From: Octopus bimaculoides
Taxonomy: Eukaryota
Direction: 5' to 3'
NCBI RefSeq assembly: GCF_001194135.2
Contig: NC_068981.1
Location: forward strand, 47,176,217 to 47,229,710
DNA: 53,494 bases
Under the pieces are notes generated by a model. That model did not search any database. It saw only the letters and a list, made by a program, of their open reading frames with translations, and was not told the DNA's origin. Made by a program: the position numbers and the translations under genes. Position 1 is the stretch's first letter; each line of letters opens with the position of its first letter. Positions 37,030-48,576 of this stretch are shown here, piece by piece.

Positions 37030-37670
37030 AATATTACATTTATAAGCCCTAAAATGATGATAGAAAGAGAATCCAACAAGATCTAGAAAAGTCGTACAAA
37101 AATGAATTTGAAATGGTGAAGACACGCCAGATTGAGAGGTTTATGAAACTCAAAGGTCAGAGAATGAAGATTGAAATCTGTCACCCACCTGTGAAAGCAG
37201 TAATTGATGTAAGTAGCCGACATCTAGAAATCTCTGAAGAAGCAGTACTGAACAAACGCCTCAACTTTGCGACAACCATCAAGCGTATTCCATACTTGGA
37301 CATAATAGCTCCCATTGAAGAGATAGCCATAAAGATACCAAAAGCTCAGGGAGGTGAACTAAGGTGGAAAGTGAGTCATGTACTATAAAAAGCAAAACTT
37401 CCTGAATCAAACACCACAAAATTTCGCTTTCAAAACACTAAAGAGTGACAATTCCATCATAATATTTCCAGCGGAAAAAGGGAAATGCTACAGTGGCGAT
37501 GAACAAGTCTGACTACTCTGAAAAATTGGCAAGTCTTATAAGTGATGGTAGCTACAGCTAAGAAAAGAAAGACCCAACTCTGAAAACAGAGAGGAAGTTG
37601 GCACAGATCTTGATCAAGAACAAGTATCATTTCACACCAATGAAGTACAGACACCCTCCTCAGAACTTGC
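37030..37670 (+). mobile_element. PLE ORF N-terminal region (pre-RT), placed directly after the EN stop
   Basis: VIDVSSRHLEISEEAVLNKRLNFA (V.NLS..L...E..VL.KGLNFA motif) and IIIFPAEKG-NATVAMNKSDYSEKL...DGSY..KKDPTLK (PADKG motif). Confidence 0.85.
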
Positions 37671-39107
37671 TGGTCTTGTGCCAACATTTCAAATCAGTAT
37701 ATGCCTTAATTGGCTTGAATATAATGTAGAAATCATAACACTCGGTATGCGTCTCGAGAAAGCATCTCGTGTAGATGTGTTCGTGAAAAAGCACGGAAGC
37801 ATATCAATTACAGACAAAAAGTGTCCAACAGCAGCTTTGGGATTGCTGAATCTAGTTTTCTTCTTCCTTTGCTCACACCTATAGCAGACAATACTCTTTT
37901 GAACCAATACTACTTCTTACGGTAATAATGAACATTGACACAGCTGATTATTTGTGATACCAGTGGTTGTTTTCTATTTCAGAATAACTCAAATTTGTCT
38001 GAGTATGCGGCTGCTGGCGGATGGCACCAAAGGAAACAGAAGCCTATAGTTAGCAATTCAATCACCACTACTTGATAGTTTTCATTTCGTACTGATATAG
38101 GTCTGCTTTGTAGCCCCATACGTTCCTGCGAGATTTTGTCTCAACACGAATACCACTGCTTTTTGGCTTTTTACAATATATCCATGCTAAACAAGATACG
38201 CACAATGGGATAGGTATTCTTCAGGCTAGAAGAGATATAAAAACATATATGTGTATATATATATATAACAAAATGCAAACAAATCGTGATAAGTTTGTAG
38301 TATTTTCTTTTTGCTGAGATAAACAGAACGGGTTGTTTTTTACAGCCTGTGAGACAATACGTTTATTCTGGTAGAAGATACTTAGAATACAGTAGACGAA
38401 AGAAAATTAATATATGCCAGCCAGGTACATATATATATGCCAGCCAGGTTTCTTTGTATTTATGTTATATGTGCTCGGCTCGTCAACATATGTGTGCAAG
38501 TGTATGCAGTAGAAGTAGATATTTCTCTGCCTGTTTGTTATTGAACTATAAGTGTTTCTCTGGGTTTGTGTATTTGTAAGCACGGTAGTCTTTGTCTGAC
38601 GTGCTGGTACTTTCTGTGACCTGTGCTCGTATGTGTATTTGTATGTGTGTTTGTATATGTGCATGTGTGCGTGTGTGCGCCTGTATGTACTCTTATGTAC
38701 TGTGTGCTTGTGTATGACCGTACAAAAAATGTATTCCGTTATGTATTGTGCGAGTTTCTGTGTGTTTATGTGTTAGCTAGTAATTGCTAAACTGCAAATT
38801 GTATGGTTGACAAATAGGATGAGTGGACATACAAAGCTGCGGTGGTGCGAGGCTCCGTGTAAATGCTAGAGTATTAGTACGTGTGCGTTGGCGAATGAGT
38901 TGCGTCTAAGAGGAATAATCCAGTGTGCATGGGAGGTCATATTTATGCCATGCGTTTGTGTTTCTCTAATTGCGAGGGTGTACGAGTGTCTGTTTGTAGC
39001 GTTATTTCAGTATTTGATACAAATATTTCTAAGTTGTGCGAACTCAATAGTTATTGTGTGAAATATACACGCATGTGTATGGGGTGTAAGTTTGAAATAA
39101 ATATTAC

Positions 39108-39263
39108 CACATAATAAGTAATGGGACGCGTATAGTAAGAAGAAGGCAGAGGTGCGGTTGACTTGACCGTCCTTGGCGTAGGCGGCTCTGACTATGGTTT
39201 GGACATCTCCAAAAATCATGTGGTTAAAATGAAACAATACATTTTGGAGTCTCAGACAGTAAA
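39108..39263 (-). CDS. Candidate host exon (156 nt, phase 1-1), unknown protein
   Basis: Acceptor ttacatttttgtttgtttag, donor G|GTAATA, one open frame YCLRLQNVLFHFNHMIFGDVQTIVRAAYAKDGQVNRTSAFFLLYASHYLLC, and a GC-rich core in an AT-rich background. No recognised homology. Confidence 0.25.
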
Positions 39264-42200
39264 CTAAACAAACAAAAATGTAATACACATATTTCAACGT
39301 TAGCAGGAATATTCTAAAACCATGACGAATGCTATTTCGTGCTAGATGCTACTATTGTATTTCTTTTCTGCTGACTATATGTTTACAGCAGAAGTGACTG
39401 CAACACATATCACAGTACATGAAACAACGTTGGATAAACATTGAGTGACTTTAACTTGCAACAAAAAATTCTACTGAAAGTAAGATTAACTATGAAAGAT
39501 AGCAAGATGAAAACATAAAATCGACACATGTATCTAGTATATAATATAAAGTAAGGGCTCTATTGGAAATATGTATCGAGAAATATTTTGGAAAATAATC
39601 TGTAGACTGTTATAAATTCTAGCAATATTACCATCAGGCTTTGCGACAAACCACCAGTATTGTTTATATCACTTTGATGATGACATCGAGTTCGTGCAAC
39701 ATTAATCGATTTATGAACACCATTAATCCAAAACTAAGTATGACATACTATCAAGGAAATATAAAATAATATTTTAATCGATAAAGTAAACAAGAACACT
39801 GCTTAATTTTCAAATACACATATATGTAAGAAAAGTAATTGTATTTGGGTTAGTAGGATTATTATTTCATACGTTGTGGATTTACTCACAATCATAAACA
39901 TCACCAGATTTAAAATAATTAAATGGCTCTTAGCTTATTGGAAATGCTGGCTGCTTTGATTATTGAAGGAGTTGGTGACGAATGCAACCTCATAATAGAA
40001 ACTATGAAGAGAATGCCAGCGTACAGGAAATGTTCTGGCAATCTAGGCATCTCTCTCAAGTACAGATACTCAACATTAACCACTGACGCACTGATAATGT
40101 GTATAAGTTCCTATGGAACAGCTTCAAAGCAGAATATGTAATACTTTATGTAATTCCGATCAATATAAAAGAGTTGTAATGAAAAAGTAGATTTTAATTT
40201 TCTACCATTTAGTATACTAAATTATTATAAGTGTTGTTATAACGAATACTTAATACGGAGTATTCGTTATCGTTGATAGGTCACCCAGTTCAAATTGCAC
40301 CTCTGATTGAAGAAATTCCAGATTTGAATGTATTTCATTTTCTCAAGCGTAGTGTATAAAAGTTTACGTTAAATAAGTTATTGGTCTGCATTTAGCTAAG
40401 TAAGATAAGTTTGGAGAAGTGTTTGATTCCAATCTTATATCAGCTCAGTTACGTCTTAAAAGCTATTTTACTACATAGATGGATATATCGTTATAAAGGA
40501 ATGCTTTATTATTTCTCTAAATTTTTGGAAGTAATATTTTGTGATGTTGTCCTTATTGTGTAAAAGCAATTTCGCACTTATATTTTTGCTTTATTTACCA
40601 AGAGTTAAAGGGGAATTGGAGAAGTTAAAGGCAGTTGTAATTATCTTAAAGCTGATGCTGACCTATGAACATTTCGTAGAATGTACTGTCTCGGATGGAA
40701 GGCTTTCTTATAATTTCTATTTGGCTTTGCCGTATAGATTCTGAAAATATTTATGTTATTATATATCATTATACATTAAACATAACGACAATACATGTTT
40801 TTTTTTTCTGTTATGATATGTGGAACGATGTTCCAAATTGCAACAGTTATTCTTTGCAAATTTAAGCTTCTTGCATTTAGAACAACACGATTTAGATGAT
40901 ATTCATGCATCCATATTGTGATAACATTATATTTTGTTATTGTTAGAATTGCATAAATTTACACTTTTCTCACTATACTAGAGATGTAATTATAATTCTA
41001 TAATTGCCGACATTGTCGATTTCCGTGGCTCTGTTTTACAGTAATGGTTTCCCATACGTAAATGTTAGACGCCAATCGCTGTTGTCACCAACTTTGCTGT
41101 CATGCTAGACACGATGTTGCTAGTATTTGCCAATTATGATATATGGGCTACTTTATTAATGTCTCCATTGTAACCAAGCAAAGAGAATATTGAAATGGCA
41201 TTTTCCTTGAAATGTGATTAATTACTACTTCGGCCAAATGATTGATTTCTTTATCTGTCTCGTTCTAACGATTTGGAAAACTTTCTCCAATGATTTTGAA
41301 GTACAAAAAATAAATAAAGAAACAAATAATAAATAAGTGTATCCAAATCAGAAAATCGATAATCCGAGTGATGTATAGCCATGAGGTTAGGCACTCATCC
41401 TAGGAGACTGAATGACATAAAGGAAAAGAGGCCTTCTCATCACTAACTGATTGTCTCGTTGCAATGAAGAATGGAATATACCAGAACCAATTAGATTATT
41501 TTTTTCGATATTTGCGGCACTAGCATTGTAGTTTCATATTGAGGTATTAAATTCTTTGTTTTCCATTTGTTGCATTATGTATTTATATTTGCATATTATC
41601 AGCTTACAATGCTCGGTAGCAACGATGCATACTTGTACATAATAAATTGTATTACATCGTATCATTATGAATAATGATATATAACATATTTACTACCGTT
41701 TATGATCAGGTCTTGAAATGAATATTTATTGCAACACCATCAACGTTCTAAAATTATTGGAAGTAATCAAAATAATGTAATGTTGAAAAAATGTCCTATT
41801 TTTGTAATATAGTTCTGAGCATCTGTTAAAATACTGTAGACGTGCAGGGAACTGTTTTTTTGGTTTGGTACTAAGATAATGTAAGAAATACATTAGGCGA
41901 TCCACTAAATACAAATTGAGAAAAAATGTCTTATAATATAAAGTGCAGTAACATTTCAAACATTGCATTTTGAAATTTATAGCTTTGTTGAACTGAACTT
42001 TCTACAAAATATATGTGCTTAGAAAGGACAAAAACTTGATTTAGGGCAAACAATTTACGCGGATTTATATTTGAGTACTTAAGTTATTTGCCAGAGAGAT
42101 ACTACTTTCCAAAATCTGTAAAGTGCCGCTTATGTAACACATTTCAAAATTCATATAAAAACTGTTAATAGCATTCACTGAAGACATTGCTAACAAAACA

Positions 42201-42689
42201 TCAGAAAGATGAATCAGAGACTAAATGCTTACCGGGAATACTGCGCACATGAAATTGGTAATTTCTTTTTTACATCATGCATATCAAATATTTTGTAAAT
42301 AATTATTTTATTTTACGCACACACGCCAAAAAATGCACATGCACAGGAGCGCGAACACACACATACACGAGGGCATACAGACGAAATCGACACACATAAA
42401 TATAGGCACACGTACGTATACATTCATATACACACACATGTACAGATTTGGAAAATTCTTGGGAAAATATTTACATTCTCTTCTGTTTATGTATCCAAAT
42501 AGATGTATTAGTTGGCATAAGTAAAAAAGAAAAAAAGCAGGCACACATATGATTTTTCTGTATGTATGATGGCGTGTATATGTTTGTGCATCTAAATCTG
42601 TATAATGTAAAGTGTAGATTTATTATGGTGTATGGATGGTTTGTTTCTGTGTCTATAAAATTGTATATCTGCTTACGTGTATATGTGAT

Positions 42690-42733
42690 GATTAAATGAG
42701 CGTATGTGTTTGTATGTATATGTGTATGTGTAT

Positions 42734-42804
<71 letters not shown>

Positions 42805-42925
42805 TACATATATGTATATATACACACACACAAATATATTTATATATATACATGTATGTGTGCGTGTGTTTGTATGCGTGTGTGTGTTATATCTATGTAC
42901 ATATGCGTGTGTATGTCTATGAGTA
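42690..42925. repeat. Compound (TG)n/(TA)n/(CA)n microsatellite
   Basis: Directly visible. Similar tracts occur at 43820-43910, 44170-44230 and 46087-46120. Confidence 0.95.
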
Positions 42926-43867
42926 ATGCACATGTGAACTCATATAACCCATATATCCAGCAGAGTTCTATATCTTTAGTTTTGCACACTTTCTTTGTAT
43001 GGTCTATATTTTTCAGCAGATTTGACCTACGGCCCTCTGTCTGGCTATAAGAACATTGGTTTAATATACCATGATCAACACATCTGTATACCATTGCTAT
43101 CGCTTTTATGACTATTTCTGTTTTCGCATCTTTATTTTTTTTTATTACTATGCATTTACTTTCTACTGCATAGTTTTCATTTTATGTTTTACTGTTTATA
43201 ATTTCTATATTTCAATCTTATTGTGTCATTTATATTATTTTCTTTCCATATATCATTAATTTATTTTCTATTTTTCATGATTTCTCTATTTTTGTATCGG
43301 AGTATTTCTTATTTCTCATGATTGTTTAATCTTTATTTCCATATTTGATCATTATTTTTAACTAATATATATTTTCTTATGCTTTCCTCTGATGATATTT
43401 GTCTTAGTGTATCTCAATAGTTTCTCGATCAGTTGTCTCAATCTTTGTCTTTTCTTAGTAAATTTCCTTTAAATTTTCCTTTGACTATACATTTTGGCAC
43501 GATCTGTGTTTGAAAAATATACTTTAAAATATGCTTTTCCGTCCAGTAAAGAGAAATGCTGTTAAATATTTATATTAATGTGATACTACGTAGGTGATCT
43601 TAAAAAAACCGTAGGAAAGCTGAATTCTTTAGAAATATGAATATTATTCTTTTGCGTATAATTTTGGGGTGCATATAGATTTCCGCTTTCATTTCAGCAA
43701 CAAATATTTTATGACATTCAACATGGCATTGTGAAAGCCTGGAGGTTACTTTAATATTATATAATGAGCTCTAGAATTTGTTTCAGTCTCTTGCATTTGC
43801 ACTGAATCATATATTTATGAATGTATGTATGTATGTATGTATGTATGTATGTATATATGTATGTATG

Positions 43868-43900
<33 letters not shown>

Positions 43901-44665
43901 CTACATATATNNNNNNNNNNNNNNNNNNNNNNNNNNNNNNNNNNNNNNNNNNNNNNNNNNNNNNNNNNNNNNNNNNNNNNNNNNNNNNNNNNNNNNNNNN
44001 NNNNNNNNNNNNNNNNNNNNNNNNNNNNNNNNNNNNNNNNNNNNNNNNNNNNNNNNNNNNNNNNNNNNNNNNNNNNNNNNNNNTATATATATACACATTA
44101 TAGTAAGAATGGATACATAAGGGTGGACGACCACAGGAACAATACCGTATATCCAGCACAAGATTTAATATATGTGTGTGTGTGTGTGTATGTGTGTGTG
44201 TGTGCGTGTGTGCGCGTGTGTGCGTGTGTGCTCAATTCCTTCAAGAATCAATAAATACATTTATAGTTTTCAGTCTCTAAAATGTGTAAAAAGTAAGGTA
44301 AAATAAAGTAAAGAACGATATAAACTTCAGAAATATCATGAATGTTTAAAATATTTATTTAAAAATATTTATAAACATGCATAGTTTCCAAGTTGTATAA
44401 AAATATGACAATTTAGGATAATACGCTACGATATATAAACGTACGGTATGGTTTAACATATAATGGGTAAACATATACGATATGATATAACTTGATATGG
44501 AATTTTAAATTTACATGTATTATATTTAAAACGTGTACGGTAGGACAGGATATGTATATATACTATTCACAATAATGTGAATTCTAGCTCATGCTGAGTA
44601 CTTCAGCTCTAGCCCGTTTCTATGTATTGTTATATTAAAAATATATAATTATGCAAAAAATTACA

Positions 44666-44708
<43 letters not shown>

Positions 44709-46083
44709 NNNNNNNNNNNNNNNNNNNNNNNNNNNNNNNNNNNNNNNNNNNNNNNNNNNNNNNNNNNNNNNNNNNNNNNNNNNNNNNNNNNNNNNNNNNN
44801 NNNNNNNNNNNNNNNNNNNNNNNNNNNNNNNNNNNNNNNNNNNNNNNNNNNNNNNNNNNNNNNNNNNNNNNNNNNNNNNNNNNNNNNNNNNNNNNNNNNN
44901 NNNNNNNNNNNNNNNNNNNNNNNNNNNNNNNNNNNNNNNNNNNNNNNNNNNNNNNNNNNNNNNNNNNNNNNNNNNNNNNNNNNNNNNNNNNNNNNNNNNN
45001 NNNNNNNNNNNNNNNNNNNNNNNNNNNNNNNNNNNNNNNNNNNNNNNNNNNNNNNNNNNNNNNNNNNNNNNNNNNNNNNNNNNNNNNNNNNNNNNNNNNN
45101 NNNNNNNNNNNNNNNNNNNNNNNNNNNNNNNNNATATATATATATATATATGTATATATATACGCACACACGCACAAACATGTCAGAATACGGACAAAAC
45201 AAACTGTTGTTGACATGGTTAGAGAGAACCTACATTAAAGGTGACAAGAAGAGAGACATGTAGATAGACAAAAGCAATGGATACAAAGGTGGAAAAGGAA
45301 ACAGATAGGAAATGTTCGGTATGTGAAGGAACTGGATAAGTCGAGATACATAGAAGAAAAAGGAGGAGGAATTCAATTAAATGTGTAAATGGATAAATAA
45401 AAACATGGTTAAGGAGACGATGAATAACAATGACACAACATGACCTGAAAAGGCGAAGGAATGGAGATGGAAGGAAGATGAAAGAGTTTATAAAAAAAAG
45501 TATAAAAAAAGGAAAAGGATAAAAAAAAAGAAAGCAGAATAGGGAGAGATAAAAAATTATGCTCCTGGAAGGAGTCAAATGGTAAAATGCAAAAGGGAGA
45601 AAGGAATGGGGTGCCTAAAATAACATAAACTAAAGTAAAAAGAATAGCTAGGAAAAGGATGCAAGAAAGGTTAACTAGTTGAGGACTTTTCTATTGAAAT
45701 AATGATGACCCCAACTATAGTGCTAGTGAGTTGCTGCCAAAGTTTAAGAGGAAAAGAATGGTTCAAACATTCAAATTTCAGTGCATATACCTCCACATAA
45801 AAGCACTCACACGCAAAGATACTCACACGCATTTATATATACCCTTATATATACGCATGTTAAACATGATATTAGTAGAGTAACTGTGCATGCTAATACA
45901 TAAAGTAAATTAAACGATAGATAGAGAAAAAATACGCGAAGATGGATTAATGAAATAAAATGAACATTAAATCAAATGAAGAAAATGTGAAAAGACATGT
46001 GAAAGAATGAAAGTATGTGATTAAAGTACACTATAATATTAGAAAGACCATATCACTGTACATATCCACTAAGTAGGTTTTCA

Positions 46084-46121
<38 letters not shown>

Positions 46122-46399
46122 AGGTTATTTGGGAAGTAACAGTGTTGTAATAGAAAGGATCTAAAAATGAATGTAAATCTGAGTAGATTTAATCAAGACT
46201 GTAATCATCATAGTTTTCAACTTTTCAACAATTACAACAGGAAAATAACATTTTTTATGCCACATTCAAATTACGGCCTTGAACTTCCTCTCTGTATCTG
46301 AATTTTTTGCCTCCCCATCCTACTGATCTTATTTTTAGTTGAATTGGTTTTCAAGAGTGTGGCCGTGCATTATCATATTAGAGAAGAACACCTTTTTTT

Positions 46400-47040
46400 C
46401 TGTTTACTGAAGTTGGCGACTTTCGAAGTAATTTTTCATTTACACAATCAAGTTGTTGGCAATAGATATCTGCATTGATGGCCCCTCCATGTCCCAGGAG
46501 CTCGTAATGAACGTTACCTTTCATGTTCTACCGAACACATAGTAAAGTCTTTTGTGGACGGAGTCCTTGTTTTGGTGTTGGCACTGACCTCTAATTACGG
46601 GGTAACCATTCTCTTTTACATTTTCTTTTGTGATGTAAACCCATTTTTCATCTGCAATAACAATGCGATGAAGAAATGACAGGTTGTTACAAGTTTGCTG
46701 CAGATAATGGAAAATTGTGTCCGATTTTCAAATAAAGTTCTTGTTTGCATGTTTTTTCCAATTTCCAAGAGATCTTGATGGTTAGTTGAACATGACACAT
46801 TAAATTACTGCGCCAAATATCCCGTAATTTGACGTGGATCAGACATACTAATCTCATTCAAAAAGTCGTCATTCAGAATGGGTTGTCTTCCAGAACGAGT
46901 TTGAGGGTAATATCACAATCGCCATTTTTAAGACTTTTAAACCACAGCTGACATGTACAAGCTTTCATTGCATCAGGATACATGTTACAAATGATTTTCA
47001 TTGCTTCAGCAGCGGTACATTTTTTTGAAGAAACTCATAC
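46400..47040 (-). mobile_element. Mariner transposase relic
   Basis: Minus strand RSGRQPIL (RSGRP motif), FLHRIVIADEKWVY (first catalytic D motif) and a QLD-like downstream stretch, with frameshifts. Confidence 0.8.
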
Positions 47041-47884
47041 AGCAAACAATAATAAATATGTTATTTCATAAAGTCCTTACTCCGCATAGGGTTGATTACC
47101 CAAATTACTATGAATGACATACTGCAGGAAAGAAGAGATCATTTGTTATTTCTAGAAACTGCCCGCTCATTTGATCTTGACTCTGACGTGATTCGTATAT
47201 TCATATTTTATATTGGTGAAAACACGCAAATACTTTCCAAATTCCCTAAAATATATGTGTGTGGGGGAGGGTGTATGTATATATTTTTTCGTTCTGTACA
47301 TGTATGTGTGTGTTATATATATTTATGAGTGTCTGAAGAAACATTGTGCTACATATTATGAGTTGGTGCGTGAGATGTGTGACTGCAGTGGCTGAATTAC
47401 CCGGATATTGAAACCTTACCTGGATTTTCAGAAACGAAGTAAATTGGACATCTTCATGTGTGAGGCTACAGTAAAATATTAGATAATAGAACATGACTGT
47501 GAAGAAGATATTGTGAGTAGAGGAGTGAAATACGGGAGGAACGTTTAAAGTATCAGATATAGTGTAAAGATCATAAAAGTAAATCTTATCAGATTAACTA
47601 TGAATCCCATGGAGAAATTTTTAAATAGTGCGTGAAATATAGTTTGAACTTTGGATTTGTATGGTACGAAAAATAATAATAATCATGCTGCTTGAGATAC
47701 ACCAACGTTACCCTGTTGTCTTACTATACTATAGCCATATTGCCTGAGGTTCACCGAATTTATCATTCTTACCACCTCTAAATTTATTCAGTTACGATAT
47801 TTTGCCACTTCCTTTACCTTCTTTACCTCTCCTACTAACGGCGTTATCCTCTTGTTTTATTATTGTACCCAGAACAATAATAAT

Positions 47885-48119
47885 AGAATACTTCGAATAA
47901 TAATGGTTTTATAAGTTGGCACAATGCAAGCTGTTATAAAGGGAAAGGTATAGTTAACTACATCGACAACAGTACTTGATTTCACTTTACATTGTCGACT
48001 CCGGAAGAACGAAGGACAAAGTTGACCTCTACGTGTTTTGAACTCAGAACGTATAAGACCATAACAATGACACTTAACATTTTGTGTGACACGCTATCAG
48101 TCTTACCAGCTTGACATCT

Positions 48120-48120
<1 letters not shown>
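47885..48120 (-). mobile_element. SINE family B, old copy
   Basis: ttgtcgactccggaagaacgaaggacaaagttgacctc...tttgaactcagaacgta matches the family B body and B box. Confidence 0.6.
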
Positions 48121-48174
<54 letters not shown>

Positions 48175-48228
48175 GCTGCTGCTACTACAGCTGCTGCTGT
48201 TGCTGATGGTGATGATGATGATGATGAC
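48121..48228. repeat. (ACT)n-(GCT)n-(GAT)n compound microsatellite
   Basis: Directly visible. Confidence 0.95.
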
Positions 48229-48229
48229 G

Positions 48230-48395
48230 AAGATTCTTTCTTATTTTGTTAGTCGGTTTCATGATTATTTCACTGACATCAGAATTTGAACTAAGTACGT
48301 AGAGTAACAGTAAGACTACATGATGCAAATCGTTTGGTGCACCGTGTTATAGTTCCTGCCTGTGTGCCACCCTTCAATGATAATTTTTAAAAAAA
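48230..48395 (-). mobile_element. SINE family B, very decayed copy
   Basis: agaatttgaactaagtacgta matches the family B B-box region. The remainder is only weakly similar. Confidence 0.4.
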
Positions 48396-48399
48396 AAAC

Positions 48400-48443
<44 letters not shown>

Positions 48444-48523
48444 ACAACATGACCGCCAACAACAACAAAAACAACAACAACAACAAAAACAACAACAACA
48501 CCAACAACAACAACAGCAACAAC

Positions 48524-48574
<51 letters not shown>

Positions 48575-48575
48575 T
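48400..48575. repeat. (TAA)n/(CAA)n microsatellite, left flank of the R4 mosaic
   Basis: Directly visible. Confidence 0.95.
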
Positions 48576-48576
48576 A

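Noticed and set aside
39923-40141. 72-aa plus-strand ORF that is also largely open on the minus strand
   Set aside because: No recognisable motif, weak splice donor, and the phase does not match the candidate exon at 39108.
42471-43050. YIYI/CVCV/THTH, poly-L, poly-I and poly-K ORFs (also 2138-2441, 48086-48652, 51693-51927)
   Set aside because: These are translations of microsatellites.
45185-45780. Purine-rich tract as a PLE 3' UTR or an ORF
   Set aside because: Low complexity, with no HHR core or convincing EN motif found.
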